DNA of 64,000 bases from an uncultured virus (IMG/VR IMGVR_UViG_3300037091_000258) (lineage: Duplodnaviria > Heunggongvirae > Uroviricota > Caudoviricetes): the IMG/VR virus record IMGVR_UViG_3300037091_000258. The stretch is one strand, 5' to 3'. Below the pieces are notes generated by a model. That model did not search any database. It had not been told where the DNA came from and saw only the letters and a program-made list of their open reading frames with translations. Each line of letters starts with the position of its first letter. Position 1 is the first letter of the stretch. Position numbers and translations under genes: made by a program. This document shows positions 54,678 through 63,409 of the stretch, in pieces.

Positions 54678-57053
54678 GTGGATCGAAACAGGGAGATACA
54701 AAAGAAAAGCGAAATTATCCAGTCCTATTTCAACAAACTTGGAATCTCCAAGATTCGAGATTTAGCAACTATTGATCCTAATAAAAATAACGATGCTTTT
54801 CAGGCCTTTGGATCTTATCGAACAAATGTCGAATCATTTACTTCAATAGATCAAAGTAGAATGATGCGATATAGACAATATGAGCAGATGTGTATAACTC
54901 TAGATACTAAAATCGATTTATTAGATGGTAGATCAATTTCGCTTTCAGATTTAATAAAAGAATATGAGGCTGGTAAAGAAAACTGGACATATTCAATAGA
55001 CACTAACAATGGTAACAAAGCAGTTTCAGGTAAGATTGAGTGGGCAGGAATAACAAGAAAAAACGTTGAGTTGGTTGAAGTTTTTATAGACAATAAATCA
55101 ATTCGTTGCACTCCTGATCATAAATTCATGTTAGATGATGGTACTTACAAAGAAGCCAAAGATTTACAACCCAACGAACTTCTAATGTCGAAAGACCAAA
55201 ATCATAGAGTAATAAAAGTTGAAGAACTTAGCGTTACAGAAGATACTGGCTGTATTACAGTAGCTGAATATCACAACTTTAGTGTATTAGACTCTATATA
55301 CATAAAAAATTGTTATGTTCCAGAACTAAACGGTGGTATAGAGCTTTATGCTGATGATAGCTCTTTATATAACGAACAAGACAAGACTATAAACATAGAA
55401 TCAGATAATCAAGAAGTAGTAGACGCTTTAGACAATTTATTTTTTAAATCGCTAGATCTTAATTCAGTGTTATGGCACATCGTATATAACACTTGTAAAT
55501 ATGGTGATTCATTCTACGAAGTAATTCCTGACAACTTTAAGAACCCCAGACGAATAAAATATTTAAGATTCATACCTCCTCAATTTGTTGGACGAAAAGA
55601 AAGAGACGGAAACTTACTAGAGTTCATAGTAAAAGTTCCAGAAGATGTGACGGTGGGATCGACAAGTTTTACATCTACGCAATCTCAAGAAATAAGTCTT
55701 AAACCTTGGCAAATAGTTCACTTCAAGCTGGATGACAAAGAGTTTGAACCCTATGGTAAATCAGTATTGGAGCCTGGACGTTTAGCATTCAAACAAATGA
55801 AATTGATAGAAGACGCAATGCTAATTTATAGGATCTCAAGGGCGCCTGAGAGGAGGGTTTTTAACATACCAGTTGGTAATTTGCCATATAGAGAATCAAT
55901 GGCAAGAGTAGCTGACTTCCAGCAGAGGTATAGGAAAACTCCTTGGATAGACCCTCAAACTGGAGAAATAAGCTATAAAGAGAATCCCTTAAGTATTAAC
56001 GATGACTTCTTCCTACCTAAGAGACCAGATGGCTCAGGAGTAACTATTGAATATCTACCTGGTGGCCAACAATTAGGTGAGATTGACGACGTTCGGTATT
56101 TCAAAGAAAAAATCCTACGAACCATGAGAATTCCCATAGCTTATTTGACTGGGGAGCTAACAGGTGATGTAGCTAAGACTTCTTTGGCTGCAATGGACGT
56201 AAGATTTGCTAAAACTATTGAAAGAGTTCAAAAACAAATATTACGTGGTCTAGAAAAACTGGCCACTATTGAATTAGCTTTTAAGAGATTTAGCTTAGAT
56301 GACCTACAATCATTTGTGCTTAAACTAACTCCTGCTTCGAAAATTTATGAATTACAGAACTTGGAAATGATGACACAAAGAATTAATGTCATACAAGCTG
56401 CCATGAATTTGAAGGACGAAGCGGGTAATTTATACCTACCTACCGAGTGGATGTACAAGAATATTAGTAAATTCACAGACCAAGAAATATCTGTTATCAA
56501 ACTAATGCAACAATCTGAAGCTGCTCACAAGGCGGAGATCGCCGCAGCAGCGGCTCAAGCTACAGCAGGGGCAGAAGGCGGCGGAGCACCTGGCGGTGGT
56601 TTAACTACAGAAGTACCAGGTGGTGGATTAGGTGGCGGAGCACCTGGTGGTGGATTAGAGGCTGGAGCTTTACCAGGAGCTGAAGCAGGCGCTGTACCTC
56701 CTGGTGGAGAAATCGCTCCTGCTCCAGGGGCCGCAGGAGTCGGTGGACCGGCCCCCGAGAATACCCCCGCTCCTACAGGTGGAGGTGCTGAATTGGCAGT
56801 AGCTGGACAAATACTAAATATAGCGAGTGAACAGTTCTTACTTGAAAATGAGAATGATATTAAGAAACTGATAAAATATGTGAAAGAGCAGCAAGAAAAT
56901 CAAAAGATAACTAAAGATAAATCTGTAACTAAAGTCAGAGGAAAAATGTACGAAAACCATTTCAACCAACTCTTTATTGCTGGCGAACTCAAAGGATTGA
57001 TTCGACGCAAAAATGGAGAGAACAATAACAAAAAGGAAATGTTAGAGGACTAG
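54678..57053 (+). CDS. portal protein (T4 gp20-like) with mini-intein
   Basis: CKYGDSF, QIVHF, PYGKSVLE, KLIEDAMLIYRISRAPERRVFNIPVGNLP, DDFFLP, LPGG.QLGEIDDV.YF. Confidence 0.95.
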   Translation: MDRNREIQKKSEIIQSYFNKLGISKIRDLATIDPNKNNDAFQAFGSYRTNVESFTSIDQSRMMRYRQYEQMCITLDTKIDLLDGRSISLSDLIKEYEAGKENWTYSIDTNNGNKAVSGKIEWAGITRKNVELVEVFIDNKSIRCTPDHKFMLDDGTYKEAKDLQPNELLMSKDQNHRVIKVEELSVTEDTGCITVAEYHNFSVLDSIYIKNCYVPELNGGIELYADDSSLYNEQDKTINIESDNQEVVDALDNLFFKSLDLNSVLWHIVYNTCKYGDSFYEVIPDNFKNPRRIKYLRFIPPQFVGRKERDGNLLEFIVKVPEDVTVGSTSFTSTQSQEISLKPWQIVHFKLDDKEFEPYGKSVLEPGRLAFKQMKLIEDAMLIYRISRAPERRVFNIPVGNLPYRESMARVADFQQRYRKTPWIDPQTGEISYKENPLSINDDFFLPKRPDGSGVTIEYLPGGQQLGEIDDVRYFKEKILRTMRIPIAYLTGELTGDVAKTSLAAMDVRFAKTIERVQKQILRGLEKLATIELAFKRFSLDDLQSFVLKLTPASKIYELQNLEMMTQRINVIQAAMNLKDEAGNLYLPTEWMYKNISKFTDQEISVIKLMQQSEAAHKAEIAAAAAQATAGAEGGGAPGGGLTTEVPGGGLGGGAPGGGLEAGALPGAEAGAVPPGGEIAPAPGAAGVGGPAPENTPAPTGGGAELAVAGQILNIASEQFLLENENDIKKLIKYVKEQQENQKITKDKSVTKVRGKMYENHFNQLFIAGELKGLIRRKNGENNNKKEMLED
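54891..55310 (+). mobile_element. 140-aa mini-intein in the portal gene
   Basis: starts CITLDTKI, block B RCTPDHKF, ends YHNF....IYIKN followed by Cys+1; no endonuclease domain. Confidence 0.92.
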
Positions 57054-57066
57054 GAGGAAGGTCTCA

Positions 57067-58323
57067 ATGGAATTTACATACAGTGATATTCGAATGGCTA
57101 TGGCAGGCAACAATGAGAACGTAGCTAAATTAATAAAACAAAAGATAGCTGAGTCAGAGAACGCTGCCGTCGCTCTCGTTTTTGATGATAAATTGATTGT
57201 GTTAGACGAAGAGAATGATAAGTTCTACTCTGTTGATTACGCAATCGAAAGCGTCAACAAGCACGAGAAAGCTCTACTCTTGAAGACCTGGGAGCCGATC
57301 AATTTCATAGCTGATAATGAGTCAAGACTCGATCAGTTAGCCGAAGAGTTCTTCGATCCCACGTCGCAAAAAGAGATAACAGTTGGCAAACTGGTGGAAG
57401 CTTTTAAAATGAAATTTGCCGATGAGCCCCTAAAGAGGCTCTTAAACAGAACCTCCTGCGAAAAGAAAGTAATGCAGGAATCTGTAGAAAAGATAAAGGC
57501 TCTGAAGGAAATCAGAGATGTAAGAGAGTATTTTACTGACGACATTATAGACATCATTGAAGACCCTAAGATTGGGTCACTATATATTAGAATCAGTGAG
57601 AATGCCCCCGTACAAAGCACCGTTTCTAAAATCGATTTCAAATCACCTATATCCGTTTCACTATTTAGTGAATCATCTGGTAAGGTCGTTAATATGTCTG
57701 AGGCTAAGAAGATGAAGAAGAGATCGATGAATGTAAAACAGAAGGTCATGAATTCAACTTGGACCTCTGAGTCATTCAAAGATGATTTCAAGAGCTTCCT
57801 AAACGAACTAGCAGAAGCCGATGACGCAAAGAAGGTCATGGATAATTTTATAAAGCAACACGTTGAGATTACTATTCTAGAAGCTGACGAACTTGAGGAT
57901 CTAATCCTAAAGACAGCCTTGATGATTGGTGAGAGTCAGAAAGCCGATTCAGTAGTTGAATTATTCAAAGAGTATTACACGTTGGATGAGTTCCAGGCTC
58001 TAAAAGATGAATTCATAACTAGAAATAATATCACAGCTGATGGAACAATGACTACCGAAGAGCCAATTGATGAAGAAGAAGAGGAAGATAAATCAGCTAA
58101 AGAAACTGCTATTGACGAAGATTCAATAAACAAGATTCTAAAAGTCCTCAACAAGATTAGTGAAAACTTAAAAGAGAAGACTTTGGAATTCAGATATACA
58201 AAGGGATTTATCTCCGCTCTAGAAGATGCTAAGGTCGGATCCATCTCAGAGGGTAAACTTAAAGAAATCCTAGACTTCTTGACTGCAATATACGAAGAGG
58301 CCAAATCCGAACAGGAGGACTAA
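57067..58323 (+). CDS. putative prohead core/head protein
   Basis: acidic helical 418 aa between portal and protease; AGGAGG RBS. Confidence 0.6.
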   Translation: MEFTYSDIRMAMAGNNENVAKLIKQKIAESENAAVALVFDDKLIVLDEENDKFYSVDYAIESVNKHEKALLLKTWEPINFIADNESRLDQLAEEFFDPTSQKEITVGKLVEAFKMKFADEPLKRLLNRTSCEKKVMQESVEKIKALKEIRDVREYFTDDIIDIIEDPKIGSLYIRISENAPVQSTVSKIDFKSPISVSLFSESSGKVVNMSEAKKMKKRSMNVKQKVMNSTWTSESFKDDFKSFLNELAEADDAKKVMDNFIKQHVEITILEADELEDLILKTALMIGESQKADSVVELFKEYYTLDEFQALKDEFITRNNITADGTMTTEEPIDEEEEEDKSAKETAIDEDSINKILKVLNKISENLKEKTLEFRYTKGFISALEDAKVGSISEGKLKEILDFLTAIYEEAKSEQED

Positions 58324-58324
58324 T

Positions 58325-58804
58325 ATGTCATTTGACAAAACTAGGGCCAGAGCCACACTAGAAGAACTTCTAGATCTTGCTGGTGTACCTCAACCGGAAC
58401 TCTTCGAAAATCGCGATCAGCAACAAGAAGAAATTGAAGCTGATTATATTGAAGAAGATTTAAGTGAGGCTGATGATGCTGAGCCAGGCGAAGAACCTGA
58501 CGAAGACGAACCTGAAGCCGAAACTATGAAACCGCCTAAGGGTAAGAAAGAAGAAAGACCTGATGAAGAAGAACCCGAAGAGGGCGAAGAGGAACCCGAC
58601 GATAAAGAAATTCATGATACTTGGAAAGTATCAATCAAAACGGGTGGACCTTTCAAGTTTGATATGTACGAAAATTATTTTTATATTTGGTATAGAAGCA
58701 AAAAGAGCGAACGAATAGATATACCACCTAAGTTCAAAGCTTTCCGCAAAGAAATGGCTAAACTCTTTAATAAAATTATGACGTACGTCGAGAAGGCAAG
58801 CTAA
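58325..58804 (+). CDS. acidic prohead core-like protein
   Basis: LEELLDLAGV motif shared with the scaffold C-terminus; E/D-rich. Confidence 0.6.
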   Translation: MSFDKTRARATLEELLDLAGVPQPELFENRDQQQEEIEADYIEEDLSEADDAEPGEEPDEDEPEAETMKPPKGKKEERPDEEEPEEGEEEPDDKEIHDTWKVSIKTGGPFKFDMYENYFYIWYRSKKSERIDIPPKFKAFRKEMAKLFNKIMTYVEKAS

Positions 58805-58805
58805 A

Positions 58806-59444
58806 ATGGAAGAAAAAAATTTACTTACCGAATTTCAGGATTTCACTTACCAAGTAATCACTGAAGACAGAGAAGGCGGCGGACCTAAGAAAACTATGCT
58901 AAAAGGATTATTCCAACATGGTGATATTAGAAATGGTAATGGTCGAATGTATCCGAGACCTATTCTCGAAAGAGAAATAAATAAAAATATAGAAAAAGTA
59001 AAGACTAGAAATATGTTAGGCGAATTGGACCATCCTACGGAAGGAAAGATTCACTTAGACAAAGTATCTCATGTCATTACTGAACTTAATATACAGACTG
59101 ATGGCCGTGTAATGGGTTCACTAGAAGTATTTGATGGACCGGATGAAGTTGGTGGAACACCTAAGGGTAGAATTCTTGGTTCATTAATTAGGAGAAATAT
59201 CAAACTTGGTATCTCTTCTAGAGGCTTTGGTACTACAAAAGAATCTGGTGACGTTAACGAAGTACAGGACGATTTCAGACTTATAACGTTTGATATAGTC
59301 GCTGATCCTTCAACACCGGGTGCATATCCATCTGCAGTATATGAAGAAAAGAGTGTAGAGAGTTGGATGAGTGAACCACTACCACCACCTCCAACTAAGC
59401 CTTTTTCAGAAGTACTAAAAGAAAGTTTAGTTTTAGATAATTAG
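58806..59444 (+). CDS. prohead protease (T4 gp21-like)
   Basis: NGNGRMYP, LGELDHP, VSH, TPKGRIL, LGISSRGFG, FDIVADPSTPGAY. Confidence 0.95.
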   Translation: MEEKNLLTEFQDFTYQVITEDREGGGPKKTMLKGLFQHGDIRNGNGRMYPRPILEREINKNIEKVKTRNMLGELDHPTEGKIHLDKVSHVITELNIQTDGRVMGSLEVFDGPDEVGGTPKGRILGSLIRRNIKLGISSRGFGTTKESGDVNEVQDDFRLITFDIVADPSTPGAYPSAVYEEKSVESWMSEPLPPPPTKPFSEVLKESLVLDN

Positions 59445-59458
59445 GAGGTTAGTTTTTC

Positions 59459-60403
59459 ATGAATATATTGAGTGAGATTGAGCTTAATGAAAGGCAAGTC
59501 AAGGCCTTTAATGAAGAACTCAACAGATGGAAGGAAAAGAAGACTACCCAGATAGCTGAGGAAGTTAAGACACAACTCCAGGCTGAGTTCGATGTTAAGG
59601 CACGAGAGGCCGAAGAAGAGAAAGAGAATTTCAAAAGAGAACAAGAAGACTTAGTAGAAGAAATCAAAACCAAGATGCAGAAAGTTATGGTGAAGAGATT
59701 CACCTCTGCTCTCCAGAGCATGTACGAAGAACTTAAAGTTGAAGCTAGAAAAGATGTACTCGGTGACCCGAGGATTGTAGCCCTTGAAGAAATTAAGAAC
59801 GTTGTATATCCATTAATGGATGAGACCGTTACCAAGGGATATGTAGATGAACTTGCTAGAGCTCTACAGATGATCGAGTCTAAGGAAGATGAGGTTGATA
59901 GACTGAAGGCCAAGCTAAAGCTAAAGGAGATTACATCCGCACTATCTCCAGTAGTTGCCGAAGCTGTTGAAGCTTTCGTTGGTGATGCCGCTTCCGAAGA
60001 AGAAGTCGTAGAGAAATACTCCAGACTAAAGAGCCTTGTAAACGAGGCAACTTATTCCGATATCGCCGAAGCCAAGAAGAAGGACAAGGACGACGAGGAA
60101 GAGGAAGAAGAGGAAGAAGAACCTTCCGAAGAAGAAGAGGACGACTCTGAGGAACACGAAGAGGGCGAGTCCGAAGAAGAGGAAGAGGAAGAACATAAGG
60201 GAAAGAAAGGAAAGAAGGGAAAGAAAGGAAAGAAAGACGACGAGGAAGAAGAGGAAGAGCCTGAGGAAGAAGAACCAGAAATGGAAGAGGAGGAGCTAGA
60301 AATCCGCCCATCCGTTCACTACGAGAAGAATGATTCTGACGAGACCAAGCAGAGATATGTAAATGAGCTTAATGAAATGCTAGATCTCGCTGGTATTAAG
60401 TAA
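59459..60403 (+). CDS. prohead scaffold protein (T4 gp22-like)
   Basis: coiled coil with poly-E tracts between protease and MCP; ends LNEMLDLAGIK. Confidence 0.8.
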   Translation: MNILSEIELNERQVKAFNEELNRWKEKKTTQIAEEVKTQLQAEFDVKAREAEEEKENFKREQEDLVEEIKTKMQKVMVKRFTSALQSMYEELKVEARKDVLGDPRIVALEEIKNVVYPLMDETVTKGYVDELARALQMIESKEDEVDRLKAKLKLKEITSALSPVVAEAVEAFVGDAASEEEVVEKYSRLKSLVNEATYSDIAEAKKKDKDDEEEEEEEEEPSEEEEDDSEEHEEGESEEEEEEEHKGKKGKKGKKGKKDDEEEEEEPEEEEPEMEEEELEIRPSVHYEKNDSDETKQRYVNELNEMLDLAGIK

Positions 60404-60432
60404 AGCAATTAGAACACTTTTGGAGGTAAATA

Positions 60433-62112
60433 ATGCTTTTTGATTATAACAGATTAAGGAAAGAGCAGAAGGAGAAGATCCTCGGAAAATGGAAGCCGTT
60501 CCTCAAGGGAATAGAGGACGAATATCTACGAGAATCCACTGCTATGCTTCTGGAAAATGAAGCACAATATCTAATGGAAGACCCAGCTACACAGTCTACG
60601 GACGTAGTTGGTATCCAGAAGATCCTTCTACCCATAGTAAGAAGGGTATTCCCCAACTTAGTCGCAAATAACCTAGTTTCAGTACAGCCTCTGGCTGGAC
60701 CTACTGGTGTTATATTCTGGCTAAAATATGAATTCGCTAGTTCGAAGTCTACTACAATTGCTGGATCTGAGTATTCGGCATTCGGTACTAACCCCAATAA
60801 CGTAGCTGAGGGTTACAACCCGTACTATTCTTCTGATAGCGTAGAAAGCTACACAGTGTCACTAGTCGATGGTGCTGGTGCTGCTCACTCTCTAGTACAG
60901 TTCAATGGCGATCCAAACTGGCTAAACGGTATTCAAGGTTCTAACTGGACTAACGCTACCAACGCTCTATTGAGCAGAGTTATCGTAAGGTTCACCGTTA
61001 GCGTAACCGCTACTCCTACTACATTCTCTACCTACTTGGTAGCATTCAATGGTAGGGCCGGCCAGAATTATTGGCAGATTAAAGAAACTGATCGAGGTGG
61101 AGCCGGAGTTCCTCTAGATTCTGCATTCACTACTCTAGTTGAACCAACAATTCCGTACACATTCCCAGTTCCTAATACACCAGGTGGACCATATGCATGG
61201 ATTCCACAGAGCGGTGTACTACCACAGCTAACAGTAACTTATACTGACGCAACGCAACTATTCTCAGTAGACCTATTTGGACAGAACACTGACTTTATCA
61301 ACGCTACTTATACGTTCACCGGTCTACAGTCATTCTATGCCTACCTACAGGAAGGGTCAACCGAAATCCCCGATATGAAGATCGCAATTTCTCAGTACCC
61401 CGTAACTGTAAAGTCTAGGAAGCTAAAGGCTACCTGGACGAACGAAGCTGAGCAAGACTTGAAGGCATACCACGGCCTAAACGCCGATGCAGAATTAACT
61501 GCATTGGTTTCAAACGAGATGATCGCTGAAATTGACCGTGAAATTGTCAACACTTGCTTGGACATTGTTCCTATTTCCTCATTCCGATTCTTGGACTGGA
61601 CCTCTGATGTTTCTAACAACACCACTGGTAACTACCTTGATAGGAACAGGAACTTGGTTCAGGTCCTAGTAGAGCTCAGCAATGAAATATACCGAAAGAG
61701 CAAGATCGGACCAGGGAACTGGATCATCACATCTCCTAAGGTATCAGCTTATCTAGAAGTCCTTGAGGGATTCATCGCTGCACCGGCAGCTACTCAGGGC
61801 GGCCTTGGAATCGTAAAGGCTGGAGACTATAGAGGCACATTCGCAGTTTACAAGGATCCTCTATTCCCACCTAACAAGATTCTAATGGGTCACAAGAGCC
61901 CCAGCTCCCCATTCGGCGCTGGAGTAGTCTACGCGCCTTATGTCACGCAGGTTACGCCAACTTTGTACGGTCAGGATGATTTCACACCAAGGAAGGGATT
62001 CCTAGCCAGATACGGACTTATCCAAGTCCCACTGGGAGATTTCCTATACGCGGTTGTTAGCATCACTAACCTACCGGGCGCAACTGAATCTAATCCATTC
62101 TATGGAACTTAA
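60433..62112 (+). CDS. major capsid protein (T4 gp23-like)
   Basis: KW...L.GI, TAMLLENE, LPIVRRVFP.L.A..LVSVQPL.GPTG.IF, KSRKLKA.WT.E.EQDLKAYHG, EIDREI, YAPYV, FTPRKG...RYG. Confidence 0.97.
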   Translation: MLFDYNRLRKEQKEKILGKWKPFLKGIEDEYLRESTAMLLENEAQYLMEDPATQSTDVVGIQKILLPIVRRVFPNLVANNLVSVQPLAGPTGVIFWLKYEFASSKSTTIAGSEYSAFGTNPNNVAEGYNPYYSSDSVESYTVSLVDGAGAAHSLVQFNGDPNWLNGIQGSNWTNATNALLSRVIVRFTVSVTATPTTFSTYLVAFNGRAGQNYWQIKETDRGGAGVPLDSAFTTLVEPTIPYTFPVPNTPGGPYAWIPQSGVLPQLTVTYTDATQLFSVDLFGQNTDFINATYTFTGLQSFYAYLQEGSTEIPDMKIAISQYPVTVKSRKLKATWTNEAEQDLKAYHGLNADAELTALVSNEMIAEIDREIVNTCLDIVPISSFRFLDWTSDVSNNTTGNYLDRNRNLVQVLVELSNEIYRKSKIGPGNWIITSPKVSAYLEVLEGFIAAPAATQGGLGIVKAGDYRGTFAVYKDPLFPPNKILMGHKSPSSPFGAGVVYAPYVTQVTPTLYGQDDFTPRKGFLARYGLIQVPLGDFLYAVVSITNLPGATESNPFYGT

Positions 62113-62138
62113 TTAGAGGATAACGATTTGAACAATTG

Positions 62139-62166
62139 GCCGTTGTAGCAATACAACGGCTTTTTT
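62139..62166 (+). terminator. intrinsic terminator after the major capsid gene
   Basis: GCCGTTGTA-GCAA-TACAACGGC-TTTTTT. Confidence 0.9.
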
Positions 62167-62189
62167 GTGTGAGGCATATTTTAAAATAT

Positions 62190-62996
62190 ATGGTGTACGA
62201 TATAGATGTCATAAAATACAAAGTAGAAAATATTGCACGACGAAAAGATTCAACAGCTTTACCTCAAATGATCATAGATGACAAAGTGTTACAAGCTCGT
62301 AAAGATAAAGTAAAATTTTTATGTCAAGATTGTGATAAAGAGGTTGTGATTCACATTGAGCGATTTCTTAGAACTAAGAACGAGGAAAAGACGTGTTGGT
62401 ATTGCAGTTTACATAAGGCTAGAAAAGATAACCCTTTGCGATTTCGTAGCCCAGAAGCTATAGAAAAGATGAGACAATCTATTCGTGATCGTGGTGTTTT
62501 TATAGACAAATATGAAGAGCGAATTTGTCCTACTTGTAAAAATAAATTTACTATAAGAGTTGCTCGATTTTATAAGAAGCGAAAATTTTGTTCTGAAAAA
62601 TGTCGAAGAGAAGCTTTCGCTATTGCGGGCTCCAAACAAGGCCATCACGGTTATAAAGGAATGTTGGCTGTTCCGATGCGCGACACTAAGCCCGAAAAGT
62701 TATTTAAAGCCTATTTAGATTCTAAAGGTATCTCCTATACATTCCAGAAAAAAGTTGGGCCTTTTATGTTTGACTTTGGACTGAGCAATGGAATACTGAT
62801 CGAAATAGATGGTGATTATTGGCACTACAATATAAACAATCCTTTAATAACAGCTAAACCTATTAATAGTAAACAAGCGAAGAAAGTAGCCCGGGATAAA
62901 GAGAAAGATGAGTATTGTAAAAAGCACAGTATAGTTTTAGTAAGAATCTGGGAATCAGAATTAAAATCAATGAAAATCCTTCAAGATTTCATTTAG
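62190..62996 (+). CDS. zinc-finger plus Vsr/DUF559-like homing endonuclease
   Basis: CPTC...KFCSEKC; TKPE...FDF....ILIEIDGDYWH...D..KD......LVRIWESE. Confidence 0.8.
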   Translation: MVYDIDVIKYKVENIARRKDSTALPQMIIDDKVLQARKDKVKFLCQDCDKEVVIHIERFLRTKNEEKTCWYCSLHKARKDNPLRFRSPEAIEKMRQSIRDRGVFIDKYEERICPTCKNKFTIRVARFYKKRKFCSEKCRREAFAIAGSKQGHHGYKGMLAVPMRDTKPEKLFKAYLDSKGISYTFQKKVGPFMFDFGLSNGILIEIDGDYWHYNINNPLITAKPINSKQAKKVARDKEKDEYCKKHSIVLVRIWESELKSMKILQDFI

Positions 62997-63071
62997 CTCC
63001 CATATTTATAGGTGAGATTTTCAATCTTGAAAAGTAGGATTAATTTATAAAATCTCAAGGCGGTGATATGA

Positions 63072-63374
63072 ATGAATGTTCCGTTAAAGGGTGCTTCTGG
63101 CAAAACATATACTTTTGGTGCATATCAGATCAACGGCAATTGGCCTGATTCTGGGGGTGTTTATGTTTATGCCGACTCACGCAATAAACCAATTTAAACT
63201 GATTCTTTTAAAGAAAGAATAGACGATCATACAAGAGATGGTAAACTAGAGGAGTCTCTCGAACAGGGCTGTGATAGAATTTTAGCTTATGTTGATGAGA
63301 ATGAAACTTCTAGAATTGCGGCTGAAAAAGATCTCATTAAAAATTATCCAGATCTTTTGAATGAAGTGCTTTAA
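63072..63374 (+). pseudogene. small GIY-YIG nuclease with an in-frame stop where the YIG motif should be
   Basis: GASGKTY.F...GGVYVY...KPI*TDSFKERIDDH...R..AEKDLI..Y...LN; TAA at 63195-63197. Confidence 0.7.
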
Positions 63375-63378
63375 GATT

Positions 63379-63405
63379 AGCTGTGGCGTGAGCCACAGCT
63401 TTTTT
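63379..63405 (+). terminator. intrinsic terminator
   Basis: AGCTGTGGC-GTGA-GCCACAGCT-TTTTT. Confidence 0.9.
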
Positions 63406-63409
63406 GTTG

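Noticed and set aside
60060..60300. GAA-rich and AAGAAAGGA repeats as a DNA-level element
   Set aside because: They encode the poly-Glu and KKG tracts of the scaffold protein.
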